Shown in pieces: positions 30,924 to 40,902 of a DNA stretch of 64,000 nt (position 1 is the first letter of the stretch; the number at the start of each line of letters is the position of its first letter). The stretch is from Tortispora ganteri (taxonomy: Eukaryota): the NCBI GenBank assembly GCA_003707115.1, contig PPNB01000014.1:1-64000 (forward strand). The letters are read 5' to 3'. The notes below the pieces were generated by a model that had not been told where the DNA came from, ran no database searches, and saw nothing but the letters and a program-made list of their open reading frames with translations. The translations under genes were made by a program, and so were the position numbers.

Positions 30924-31421
30924 CTACTCTTCGGGAACTTCGCGTTCGCCGGCATCGATAGCTTCGATGACATCGTGAGGGTTTTGTCCGTCAACACGGC
31001 AGCCAATAGACTGTGCAGTGCCAAGGATCTCCTTGACGCCACCAGCGAGAGTCTTTGAAAAGCTCTTGGATTTCATTTCACGAGCAATGTTAACGATTTC
31101 ATCAAAAGGTATGTTTCCGTGGTGCTTAACGTTCTTGTCTTTCTTGCGATCCCGGACAGGCTCCTTAAGGGCAGCAATTAAAAGAGAGCTTGCAGCAGGA
31201 ACAACTGAGACAGCAGCTTGACGGTTCTGGATAGTTAATTGAACAGTCACTTTGATTCCCTTGTATGTCTTAGTAGCTTTGGCAATGTCTTCACCAACTT
31301 TCTTGGGCGATAGACCGAGAGGACCAATCTTAGGAGCAAGAGAAGCTGATGATCCAACTTCACCTCCAACAGCTCTCATGTAAATAATTTTAACCTCATT
31401 AGGATCGACTTTAGGTGGCAT
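30924..31421 (-). CDS. RPL12: 60S ribosomal protein L12 (uL11)
   Basis: [42 protein letters not shown]. Confidence 0.98.
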   Translation of the reverse strand: MPPKVDPNEVKIIYMRAVGGEVGSSASLAPKIGPLGLSPKKVGEDIAKATKTYKGIKVTVQLTIQNRQAAVSVVPAASSLLIAALKEPVRDRKKDKNVKHHGNIPFDEIVNIAREMKSKSFSKTLAGGVKEILGTAQSIGCRVDGQNPHDVIEAIDAGEREVPEE

Positions 31422-31527
31422 GATGTTATGTTATGTACTGTTGCGTGAAACTAAAGGTTTTTAGGTAACGTACGCTATTCAAAGCTCGGTGTAGAAGCTT
31501 ATCTGCGAGTCGTTGCTACCTATCTGG

Positions 31528-31561
31528 CGTGACTGCTAATTCAGACCCTCCCAAGTTAGGG
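31528..31561. promoter_or_regulatory. Homol-D plus TTAGGG elements upstream of RPL12
   Basis: CGTGACTGC at 31528-31536, identical to the RPL29 site; ACCCT at 31545 and TTAGGG at 31556-31561. Confidence 0.6.
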
Positions 31562-31625
31562 CAAACTCTCCCCTCCACTTGGGACTTATTGGTTAAATAA
31601 TACTCCTTTCTCCAGATAAATAGTA

Positions 31626-34010
31626 CTACTGATCGTTATATATTCGAATGTCATCGCTCGAGTAAACTTCCACAGTAACCTGGCCTGAAGTTATTATGTA
31701 GTACTTTGTATCTGACTCAATATTGAGCTGAATGTGCGCCACACCGCGTGCGCTTCTAGCTGTAGCTATTGTCCTGTCAGCTAACGCCGCAGCAATACCG
31801 ACATCGGTGACATGTGTATCAGTCGCTATTGCGTAGATATGTACCGTACAGCTTCGGAAGGCTTTCAATAAGAATTCTGTGCCGTCGAATGTATATTTAG
31901 TCATGCCGGCTCCACGTGGCAGCGCCGTACTGAGGCTCGAGGCCGCTTCCTGTACGTCGCTGATGATGGTCAGAGCGAAACTTGCAAAATCAGTACCAAC
32001 AGCAGCTGTCGGCACCGTAATGTATCTGCCAGCAGGTAATCGTCGTCCCCGACATACCACTATCCCTTCTTCGTACGATCCTGAGCTCACGAGCTCACTG
32101 GAAGCGTCGGGGATCTCATCTAGTCTCGTTCCCTCTGCAGCATAGAGCGCTAGCCTGATCATGGTTTCGGGAGGTGTTGCCTCCAGAACCAGATCTAGAT
32201 TCGTCTCAGATGCGAGCTCAAAGTAGTACTGCGGGCTTTGAAGGAAGATGCCTGCTTCGGAGTTGGCGTTCGAATAGCTCCATCTGCCTCTTACTGTCTT
32301 TGAATGTTCAAACCGTCTTGGCGCTTGCTTGAGTGCCAATTTTCCGCTAGTTGTGTATACGCTAATTGTTGCTCTGAGTTCTTCTGGTGCATTATTGTTG
32401 TGGATTGTTCTAACGGCGGGCTCACTGCTGACAAACACTGGGAGAATAGTAACAGGTTTGTTTGGCACTATTGTCACACGATGTAGCTCGCTGTACGAGT
32501 TCGAAAACCCGGGCTCGACAAGCATGTAAGAGTCCTGCTGAGAGTAGCAGACATTCGGAGAGTCGAACACGGCTAAGGCCATGCTAGTAGAGTTGAACGT
32601 ATCTGGAACGGTCTCGTAGTGTTTCACGCACAATATCCATACTTCTTGCGGCTCGTTTGTGTCAGTGAGTGAGAGCTGCACCTGTGTTTTAGACAAAAAC
32701 GACTTTGGCGGACTGGTAACTAATGTGTACTCGTTTGAGACATGGAAGTGTGCTGAATGTGTGAAATTGCGAGGAGACCAGTTAATGTAAAAGAAAGCGA
32801 AGTACATCATGAACGAGGAGTAGCTGATCCAAAAGGTGCGCGGATCATCGGGTTTAGCTAGAAGTTGGTCATCACGTGCAATCCTTGGAGTAGATTCTGT
32901 AGCGTTTTCTTCACTCCACGGATTACGGAGCAGCAGGTACAGCTCGTTATCGTACATTTTAACGTCGAATACCGAATAGTCGTGATTGGCTGCAAGCTTG
33001 TACACAGAGGCCTCGTAGTCAGACACGTTCCCTGTTCCTGCGCACATAATGACGTCGTGATCTCTTGCCGTTATGATAAGTTCTTGGAGCTTTGAGGAGC
33101 TGAGTTTTGCGTCCGTGAGTGATATTTGTTCCGGAATCCAGCCGGACATGGTGTATGCATCCATAGCAGCTGACGAACCCGGGGAGTCGTAGCCGCCTAG
33201 AATCTTGAGCATTGCTTTCTCGACCAGAGCTGCTGCATACAACAGAGGGTGCGACGGAGATACTACATGAAGTGCACGTTTATGCACGCCGAGCGGCAGC
33301 TGGTTGTCAACTGTCACAATTCGCCAGGCGCCATTGAGCAGCAACCTAACGTAGAACTTGCCTTTCGCGGAGGACGGACGGATGAGTGATTCGAGGATAC
33401 CGTACTTGTATAAGTCTGGATGCATGTGAATATGATAGGAGAACGCCGAGAGAGCCGCTACGAACGAGCAGTCGTTGGACAAGTCTTGCACGAGTTGGAA
33501 GTACTCCTTCCCCGGGAAACGTAGGGACGATTGCGTGGCGCCGGGACGGATCCAGCGGCCCAGGTGCTTCTTTTGAGCTCGCGATATGCTGAGAAGGCCC
33601 GCAGGGTCTGAATATAAAGCCACTGGTTCGCGATATTGACGTTTTTTAAGTGGCAACGGTTTGTGGGTTTCATGCTCGGAGTCGGATGGAATAGAAAGCT
33701 GATCGAAACACACTGGGGCGTCAGATATCATTCTGGTGGGATAGTAGGGCATGCCTCGGATTAATGAGCTCTGCCATACAACTACGTCTTGATTAGAGAG
33801 AATGCGTTTGTGTTGCTTGAGTCTATCGGCGAGATCAAGAGCGATCTGTGCCCGTTTCGCGTACTTTGAGCGTTGTGGGGACTCTGAGGCAGCGGCTTCA
33901 GCCTTCTGGAGTGCAATTTTTGCTGCATCAAGAGCGTTTTGTTGTGCCAGTGCAATATCGCCTTCAGAATATGCAAAGTACATGTTCCGAAGACATTGCG
34001 ATGAGCTCAT
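31626..34010 (-). CDS. RIM13: Calpain-like protease PalB/Rim13
   Basis: Catalytic triad motifs QDLSNDCSFVAAL, ANHDYSV and LRNPW; C-terminal calpain III-like domains. Confidence 0.88.
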   Translation of the reverse strand: MSSSQCLRNMYFAYSEGDIALAQQNALDAAKIALQKAEAAASESPQRSKYAKRAQIALDLADRLKQHKRILSNQDVVVWQSSLIRGMPYYPTRMISDAPVCFDQLSIPSDSEHETHKPLPLKKRQYREPVALYSDPAGLLSISRAQKKHLGRWIRPGATQSSLRFPGKEYFQLVQDLSNDCSFVAALSAFSYHIHMHPDLYKYGILESLIRPSSAKGKFYVRLLLNGAWRIVTVDNQLPLGVHKRALHVVSPSHPLLYAAALVEKAMLKILGGYDSPGSSAAMDAYTMSGWIPEQISLTDAKLSSSKLQELIITARDHDVIMCAGTGNVSDYEASVYKLAANHDYSVFDVKMYDNELYLLLRNPWSEENATESTPRIARDDQLLAKPDDPRTFWISYSSFMMYFAFFYINWSPRNFTHSAHFHVSNEYTLVTSPPKSFLSKTQVQLSLTDTNEPQEVWILCVKHYETVPDTFNSTSMALAVFDSPNVCYSQQDSYMLVEPGFSNSYSELHRVTIVPNKPVTILPVFVSSEPAVRTIHNNNAPEELRATISVYTTSGKLALKQAPRRFEHSKTVRGRWSYSNANSEAGIFLQSPQYYFELASETNLDLVLEATPPETMIRLALYAAEGTRLDEIPDASSELVSSGSYEEGIVVCRGRRLPAGRYITVPTAAVGTDFASFALTIISDVQEAASSLSTALPRGAGMTKYTFDGTEFLLKAFRSCTVHIYAIATDTHVTDVGIAAALADRTIATARSARGVAHIQLNIESDTKYYIITSGQVTVEVYSSDDIRIYNDQ

Positions 34011-34135
34011 AGACGATAGTTGACAAGTCGTCGAGATAGGTGGGTGGGGTTGTATATGTGAGACAGTTTGGGAATATAGGTTTAAGCGGGTGGGATGTGA
34101 GAGAGAAATGCTGCAGTATATCCTAGCAATTTGTA

Positions 34136-35416
34136 TTATTCTGTTCTTCTAGAATCAAAATCAAGTACGGCGCTGAGAAGCACCTGTGCACCAATCGCAC
34201 AGTCCTCTGGCGACGTGTACTCTATGGGGTTGTGCGAAATGCCGCCCTTTGATGGAACGAAGATCATGGTGGTGGGGCACCTCAAGGAAGTGTAGCAGGA
34301 GTCATGACCGGCACCAGATGTCATAGGACGGCAGAGATCTGCACCGACAGCGGCTTCGGCGGCTTTGGTGACACAGTCTATACATGTTTGGTTAAACTTA
34401 ACGGCCGGCGAGCGGATGATCGGTTCCTTGGTGTAGGAAAGGCCTGGGGTAGCGGCGATGATTTTATCGAGGCAGGCCCAGATTTCGGACTCAATAAGCG
34501 CCAGTTCATCGTCTTCGGTGTGGCGCATATCGACCGAAAATTGTGTAGTTTCAGGCAGAACGTTGACGGCGCCAGGCTCGACGCCGAAGATACCCGTGGA
34601 GACAAGTCCGTTGTGAGCGCTGGCTATCTCATGAGCCTGTGCGATGAAACGGGCTGAGGCTAGCATAGAGTCAGCACGGGCGGCAAATGGAGTTGTTCCT
34701 GTATGTTGTGGGCGGCCGGAAACAGTGACTGTGAACCAATTGTACGCCTGTACGCCCTGGACGATACCAACTTTCTGCTTTGTGGCCTCAAGAATCGGTC
34801 CCTGTTCTATATGAAGCTCGAAGTGCGCTTTAAATGGCATAGCTTTGTAGGAACATTCAGTATTACCCTTGAACCCGATATCATCAAGGCAAGACGAGAT
34901 GGTCATTGTCTTGTCGTGGACATCTGCAAGAGCATAGGCACGCTCGAGGTCGACTTCCCCTGCCCATACTCCAGACGATACCATTGAGAACGGGAACCTC
35001 GCGCCTTCTTCGTTAGTCCAGTCGACCAACCCTACAGGATAGTTAGGAATATAACCGGCGTCTTTGATAGAACGCAAGACCTCCAACCCGGCCTGCACAC
35101 CAAGAATACCGTCGTAGCGGCCACCGGTGGGCACGGTGTCGAGGTGTGAGCCCATCATTGTCGGGGTTCCGGGATTTTTACCCGCAAAGATGCAGAAAAT
35201 GTTGCCCATAGTATCGACAGTGACTTCACATCCGAGTTTCTTTGCTTCAGCGACGAGCCAGCGACGAACTTCGCCATCTTCAGGCGAGAGAGCAAGTCGC
35301 TTCATGCCAGTTTCGGTACTGGCTGTACCCCAGCGCGTACCTTGACCCCAAGCAGTGCAGGTCTCGTGAAGTGTTCCGTTTAAACGATCTGCATTTATTT
35401 TCAGATCGAGCGTCAT
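34136..35416 (-). CDS. PYD3: Beta-alanine synthase / N-carbamoyl-amino-acid hydrolase (M20 family)
   Basis: GSHLDTVPTGGRYDG, NEEGARF, ELHIEQGP, SGAGHDS and GGISH motifs; yeast-type N-terminus (RWG...GMKRLA). Confidence 0.85.
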   Translation of the reverse strand: MTLDLKINADRLNGTLHETCTAWGQGTRWGTASTETGMKRLALSPEDGEVRRWLVAEAKKLGCEVTVDTMGNIFCIFAGKNPGTPTMMGSHLDTVPTGGRYDGILGVQAGLEVLRSIKDAGYIPNYPVGLVDWTNEEGARFPFSMVSSGVWAGEVDLERAYALADVHDKTMTISSCLDDIGFKGNTECSYKAMPFKAHFELHIEQGPILEATKQKVGIVQGVQAYNWFTVTVSGRPQHTGTTPFAARADSMLASARFIAQAHEIASAHNGLVSTGIFGVEPGAVNVLPETTQFSVDMRHTEDDELALIESEIWACLDKIIAATPGLSYTKEPIIRSPAVKFNQTCIDCVTKAAEAAVGADLCRPMTSGAGHDSCYTSLRCPTTMIFVPSKGGISHNPIEYTSPEDCAIGAQVLLSAVLDFDSRRTE

Positions 35417-35541
35417 TTTAGCAATGAGTGAGAAAGTGAATGCTGGGGTATGGCTTTATATTGCGGGGACCGAACGGCATATGCGGCTGACTAGCTTTAA
35501 ATGTGCGCTGATCGCGGTTAACTAGACGCCATTAAGGCTGC

Positions 35542-35700
35542 GATAAGGCTTCCGGTCGTTATAATTCTACTATTAATGCTCGGATTTCAGATTGTAGAAT
35601 ATGTTAGTATTGGTACAGATACCTAAATTTACCGCATTACCAGATAAGCAGATCTTAGACCGCGACGGATGACAGTATGCAGGAACAGACATACGATAAG
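35542..35700. promoter_or_regulatory. GATAAG cluster (GATA factor / nitrogen regulation) upstream of PYD3
   Basis: GATAAG at 35542, 35643 and 35695; TATAAA on the minus strand at 35455-35460. Confidence 0.55.
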
Positions 35701-35776
35701 AGCCAAGACATTATAGCGTCAGCAAACTTAAACTACGTTTGCTCGGGTGAGGTTATAGTACAAGAAAGAGACGAAG

Positions 35777-36754
35777 ATGCGAAGGAATCTACATAGGAAC
35801 CGGCGAGCAAATGTAGTTATGCAGACTGATTTGGATGCGCTGGGCGCAAGGTGGTCATGTGTAGCAGCCGGATACATGCAAGATCCCTACATTGAGCTGC
35901 TGAGCGCGGCGCAGAGTCTGCGAGTTTCGCGCAAGTTGCCGGTGATCAACCGAGGCACGTTTCTGCGAACAGTGACGATCGACGGACTCATAGAGTCGCT
36001 TGCACAGCGCGAAGAGCAGTTGCAAGTTGTATCTCTCGGTGCCGGGTCCGATACGCGGCCGTTTCGGTTGCTGGGCAAGTACACGAACCTGACGTATCAC
36101 GAGATCGATTTCAAAGAATCTGTTGACGTGAAGTCGCGTGTGATCCTATCAACAAAAGCGCTCAGAGACGTTTGTGGCGTGTCTGAGGACCCGGAAGAGA
36201 ATACGCTGTACGCAGAGGTTCACGGGTCCAGATACAGCAACCACGGGCTGGACCTGAAGGTCGCTGACAGCAGACTTGTAGGCGTTAAGGACGTGACAAC
36301 TATAATCCTCTCCGAATGCTGCTTGTGCTATATGACACCGGAAGAGGCGTCATATGTGCTGAAATGGATACAGACGCATTTCAGCGACGTCACCAGACGC
36401 GGTATAGTGATGTACGAGCCGCTGCGGGGCGCAGATAAGAACGACTCGTTCGCGCGTGTTATGTTTGAGAACCTCGCGCTCAGGGGTCTGTCATTATTGA
36501 CAGTGAATGAATACCCGACGACGGAAGCACAAGTATTGCGACTGCAGGCTGCGATAGAGGGCCAGTCGAAGGGGTATGGTTGGAGTATGCTGGAACTCGA
36601 AGACTCATGGAACCGCAATCACCCAGATAGGCAACTTGATGATATAGAACGCTTGGACGAGCGCGAAGAATGGATCCTGCTGGCGAAACACTATGGGATC
36701 TTTTGTGCATGTACTGACGACGAAAGATTCGACTCTTGGAATTTAAAAATGTGA
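35777..36754 (+). CDS. PPM1: Leucine carboxyl methyltransferase 1
   Basis: QTDLDA, PVINRGT..R, VVSLGAGSDTR, SECCLCY and LDEREEW..LAKHY motifs. Confidence 0.92.
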   Translation: MRRNLHRNRRANVVMQTDLDALGARWSCVAAGYMQDPYIELLSAAQSLRVSRKLPVINRGTFLRTVTIDGLIESLAQREEQLQVVSLGAGSDTRPFRLLGKYTNLTYHEIDFKESVDVKSRVILSTKALRDVCGVSEDPEENTLYAEVHGSRYSNHGLDLKVADSRLVGVKDVTTIILSECCLCYMTPEEASYVLKWIQTHFSDVTRRGIVMYEPLRGADKNDSFARVMFENLALRGLSLLTVNEYPTTEAQVLRLQAAIEGQSKGYGWSMLELEDSWNRNHPDRQLDDIERLDEREEWILLAKHYGIFCACTDDERFDSWNLKM

Positions 36755-36816
36755 TCCGATATATCAACATAACGAACGCACTTAACTTTACCCACCCCTT
36801 ACATTGCTGCCTGCAG

Positions 36817-37446
36817 ATGTTGACATTCACCACTGATGGCCTAGAAGGATGCCCAATCACTAGATATGTAATTCAAATAGTGCCTCTGCTTTCTGTAATC
36901 GTATCGGTACTGAACTATAAGCATTACTTCATTCTCGACATCGTGCCTAACTTGACATCCTGGTTCCAGTTGTGGCGTGTCCCGCTGACGGGGCTGACGC
37001 CGCTATTTCTGAATCAGACAGAAGTGTTCGTCTTCTGTCTTGCTATGTACGAGCTACGAAGCATTGAGCGACTATGCGGATCGTCAAAATATTTCACTTT
37101 GATCGTTCTGGCTCAATGCTACAGCACGCTTATCACCCCTTTGATCGCCGCGTTCCTCACCTTACTGGGGTTCACAGACTGCAATACTATCTATCCGGGC
37201 CCTACAAGCGCTGTCTTCGCTGTCCTCATGCAGTATATACATCTCGTCCCGAACTGCTTCTTCATCGCAATCCAGGATTTTTACATTAGCGATAAGTGGT
37301 TCATCTACATACTGCTCCCACAGCTCACTATGAATCATCTATTACCTGCACTAGTAGGTATGCTAATCGGCGAATTTTGGTACCGGGACAAACTACCAGC
37401 GAAATTTGCAAGATTCTCGAAATACATCGGCCTGTCTTCCCGCTAG
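36817..37446 (+). CDS. DSC2: Dsc2-like rhomboid pseudoprotease (Dsc E3 ligase complex)
   Basis: QLWR, NQTEVF..Y.LRSIERLCGSSKY, PGPT..FA.L.QY..VP and SDK motifs match Dsc2/UBAC2. First ATG is at 36817. Confidence 0.8.
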   Translation: MLTFTTDGLEGCPITRYVIQIVPLLSVIVSVLNYKHYFILDIVPNLTSWFQLWRVPLTGLTPLFLNQTEVFVFCLAMYELRSIERLCGSSKYFTLIVLAQCYSTLITPLIAAFLTLLGFTDCNTIYPGPTSAVFAVLMQYIHLVPNCFFIAIQDFYISDKWFIYILLPQLTMNHLLPALVGMLIGEFWYRDKLPAKFARFSKYIGLSSR

Positions 37447-37525
37447 TCTCTGTTTTATTCTTTCTTGTGCCGCCTACCGTGGCTTGGCGCAGAATTGCAC
37501 TAGTTAGCTAGCTAACTAAACTAAA

Positions 37526-38098
37526 CTAAACATACTGACTCAGCCAGCGGAATCCCTCACCGTAACCTTGACGCATAACAACAGAACACATAAAGGTCTC
37601 AATGGGTCTCACATTGCCAGTTAAAGGCACCTTACCCTTTCCTGTGGTATTCCACAGGCCTAGTGCACCACGCAAATCATCCTCAGAGATAGCACCAGGG
37701 GCATCAATCTTGTTACCCAAAATCAAAAAGGGTACTTTAGAAAGCTCTTCAATAGCTAGTAGACCGTCCAGCTCTGCCTTAGCTTCAGGTAGACGCTCCA
37801 GGTCCGCACAGTCAACCAGAAACACAATTCCATTCACCTCGGGGAAATAGTCTCGCCACAACCTTCGCGCCTGCTGATGGCCGCCCAGATCGAACGTAGT
37901 GAACTTGCAATTGTCTATAGCTAGTTCCTCGCTCGTAGGATGCAAAGTAGGCTGCAGGGTAGAAAGCCTTCCATTCTTCAGCATATGCAGCAACGTCGTC
38001 TTTCCGGCATTATCAAGGCCAAGGAACAGCAACTTAGCGTGCTTGTTCAGCAACCCCAGCGACGATAAAACGTCATAAAACCATTGTACCATCCACAT
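37526..38098 (-). CDS. SAR1: COPII small GTPase Sar1
   Basis: [16 protein letters not shown] and GNKID motifs; ends WLSQYV. Confidence 0.98.
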   Translation of the reverse strand: MWMVQWFYDVLSSLGLLNKHAKLLFLGLDNAGKTTLLHMLKNGRLSTLQPTLHPTSEELAIDNCKFTTFDLGGHQQARRLWRDYFPEVNGIVFLVDCADLERLPEAKAELDGLLAIEELSKVPFLILGNKIDAPGAISEDDLRGALGLWNTTGKGKVPLTGNVRPIETFMCSVVMRQGYGEGFRWLSQYV

Positions 38099-38354
38099 TT
38101 TTTCTTAAAATTACTAACTGCGCTTTATCAAATGTTTCGTTTTTGCAGATAAATTGCTGTTTTGCAAGCCTTTTGCTGCCTTAACGAACACGTAGTGGGT
38201 AGATGCAAGTGGAAAGAACCCTGATACATAGTCAAAAATTGCTTGGGTCTATCACGTGATAGAACACCGATCAACATCAAATAGTTGTCAGAATTACTAT
38301 AAAAATTATTATTTATTTTATAAAAAACATTTAGCAAGTCATCATTGGTCATTA

Positions 38355-40190
38355 TCAGACGCTAATTAGCCATTCAGCAAGTTCGTCGTTACCACGCTCA
38401 AACGCTTCAAGTCCTAGCTTTCTCATCTTTTCCACTCCTTCTCCAGGAACAATTCTCCGACAATGTCGAGCACTTTTATACTGATGCCTTCGCGGATTTA
38501 AGTTCGCACTCTTCGGATCTATATTTATAGCAATATGTCGTCCGCATGATGTCTTGCGGTTCGACGAGTGGCGATGCCTCATTATACTGGCTTCGATGTC
38601 GTTAGCGTTTCTGTAATACCCACCGTCTCTAAGTACGCCTGGAGACATGTTTCGTCTTTCCACACGTTTACGCTCGCGATGGCGACGAGCTTTCTCTTGT
38701 CTTTCGTATTCCTGGTCATTATGAAAAGATGCAGCTCTAAACCGATTATGCTGCTTTCCTGTTCCGCTTTTGGTCCGTAAGACAGGCAGTGGCGATCGCG
38801 GATATTGAACATAGCCATCTTTTTTATAGTCCGCTCCATCGCCTTTGTGTATCTGAATGTTACAAGGTCGATGATGACTGATTTCGCCACTTTTTCGCGA
38901 AAATGAATCACGTTTTATATGCATGTTGCCTACAGTAATGATCTTCGCTGTCAAGGGTTCTGTGCCAGGCAAATCTGCATTCAGTGAATCTGTGGTGCCA
39001 CTAAATGTTTGTTCACTTTCCATTTCGTCATTATTTATATCGTCGTCGTCGTCATCGTCGTCATCATCTTCCTCATCTCCTCCCGGAAATGAAGGGTCTA
39101 TATCTTGGGGTTCAGGCATATATGCTTTCCTGACTTTCGAGAAGTATGCAATCTCAATAGGGCGATCTTCGTCTAGAGTGCCACAAACAAACTCATTAGA
39201 ATCTGGCACTAAGCTGGACGGAGGTCTTGAAGGGCACTGAATAGCGCCTTCAACAGCGGGTATTACTTCAATTTCGTCTTCGTCAACTGGTTCAATAGCT
39301 TTCAAGAAAGAGGATACCATCTCGACCTCGTCTTCAGACTCTTCTTGTACCAGTTTCTCATCTTCCGGGCTTAACTTCAATTTGTCCAAGTTTGCAGAAG
39401 ATTTCATTAAATCTTCGTTATCTGAATCTGAATCCAAACCTGATTCACTGTTCTCATCTTCGTCTTCATTTAGTATGCTATCATCATTATCATCATTATC
39501 ATCGTTATCAAAATCTCCATCATCTGAGTCCTCGTCAGCGCTATTCTCCCCAGTATCATCGGCATCGTCGTTTTCGTCATCATTATTTTCATCATCGTCT
39601 TGCATGCTAAGTCGTAGATCTTTCATGATAAAATCTGTAGCTAGCATCTTATTTTCGACTTTGGAAATCGGGTCGATAAGTTTGTCCGTATCTGGGTCCA
39701 CGGCGAACCCGATCTTTCTAACAGGCACATCATGAAACCGAAATTCACTATCAGGTACCGAGTAGTCTGCAGCAAACTTTACATTCCTCGGGGAGTCAGA
39801 GGAGACCTCATCAGGTGATGAACTCCTACTGAATCTAAGGTCAGGCGTGTCGTTAAGAGACATTTCAGATACGACTGAGGTCTCGCGACTTGAGCTACAG
39901 TGTCGCACAGGCGACACAAGCAGTTGCGTCAAGAGTGATGACCTTGTGTCATTTGAACACTTGCGTTTAGTGAAAGGCGAGTTCTTTTCACTTTCATGAT
40001 CATGTTGATTTTCAGAATCTAGGACGTGATCTGATAATAATATGCTCTTTGGTTTAGAGAAAGGAGAGGTGTTTCTACTACTAGCAGCAGAGCTATTAGT
40101 GTCTGCCTCTTTGCTGTCGATAAATCGGATTCTTCCAGGGTGTCGCGGTTCCTCGCAATCCTTGGCAGGTAGATCAAATTTTAAAGCCAT
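38355..40190 (-). CDS. Uncharacterised acidic, disordered protein with short conserved-looking motifs
   Basis: 611-aa ORF with Asp/Glu runs and the motifs DSNEFVCGTLDEDRP, PQDIDPSFP and GEGVEKMRKLGL. Confidence 0.75.
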   Translation of the reverse strand: MALKFDLPAKDCEEPRHPGRIRFIDSKEADTNSSAASSRNTSPFSKPKSILLSDHVLDSENQHDHESEKNSPFTKRKCSNDTRSSLLTQLLVSPVRHCSSSRETSVVSEMSLNDTPDLRFSRSSSPDEVSSDSPRNVKFAADYSVPDSEFRFHDVPVRKIGFAVDPDTDKLIDPISKVENKMLATDFIMKDLRLSMQDDDENNDDENDDADDTGENSADEDSDDGDFDNDDNDDNDDSILNEDEDENSESGLDSDSDNEDLMKSSANLDKLKLSPEDEKLVQEESEDEVEMVSSFLKAIEPVDEDEIEVIPAVEGAIQCPSRPPSSLVPDSNEFVCGTLDEDRPIEIAYFSKVRKAYMPEPQDIDPSFPGGDEEDDDDDDDDDDINNDEMESEQTFSGTTDSLNADLPGTEPLTAKIITVGNMHIKRDSFSRKSGEISHHRPCNIQIHKGDGADYKKDGYVQYPRSPLPVLRTKSGTGKQHNRFRAASFHNDQEYERQEKARRHRERKRVERRNMSPGVLRDGGYYRNANDIEASIMRHRHSSNRKTSCGRHIAINIDPKSANLNPRRHQYKSARHCRRIVPGEGVEKMRKLGLEAFERGNDELAEWLISV

Positions 40191-40902
40191 ATGTACTTTT
40201 TAATGCATACGTCTCTCTAAAGCAAAGAGACCATAGTTATTTCGAAAGACAAATAAAAGAGCAGCCGATTAAAACGAACCGATTAGAAAACCCACTATTT
40301 TAAAGAAAAATCGCACAAATACGTGGCAAATAAAGTAAGGAGAAGAACTGAGCTGACTGACTTTAAAATCCCTAAAGTGTATATATAGAATGATCGCAAA
40401 ATAGCTCAACAAAATAGCTGCAGTACCCGCTTATATCAATCGCAAACCACCGTTTCACGTAGCAGTTAAACAAAAACGGCAAAAAAAAGGCGATAAAATC
40501 GCTAGCGAAATGTCTTTTTTTATATTTGCAAAATCGTAAACTCAACCAGTAGAAGCGTCTGTCTTGACTAGGCGGCAAAGTCAAATCTACAACGAAAAAA
40601 AAAGCGAAAATGATGGCGTCCTATAGCAATGCCAGCATCCCCACCCTAGCGTTCCGATACCTCCGAATCAGGCAAGGGTTAGGGTTTCATAACGAGTGAG
40701 TACCGAAATTGGATTATATAGGCGGGAAAAAATTACGTAAACGGTTCCGGAGATTGCGGCTTAAGTGCAAAGTCTATAAGCCGGAAACTATCATACATAG
40801 CAGCAGGCTATTTGACATAATCGTAAGGTAAAAATAATGAAAGGGGTAGAGACTATGCGGTAACAAAGCAGTATGCTGTGGAATCACTCGACCCTATAAC
40901 AC

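Noticed and set aside
38112..38148. TACTAAC...TTTTGCAG on the plus strand upstream of SAR1
   Set aside because: It is antisense to the flanking genes, has no good donor and is followed by no ORF.
40675..40686. AGGGTTAGGGTT as a telomere or telomerase RNA template
   Set aside because: Fewer than two full repeats in a promoter position and no other telomerase RNA features; better explained as a telobox site.
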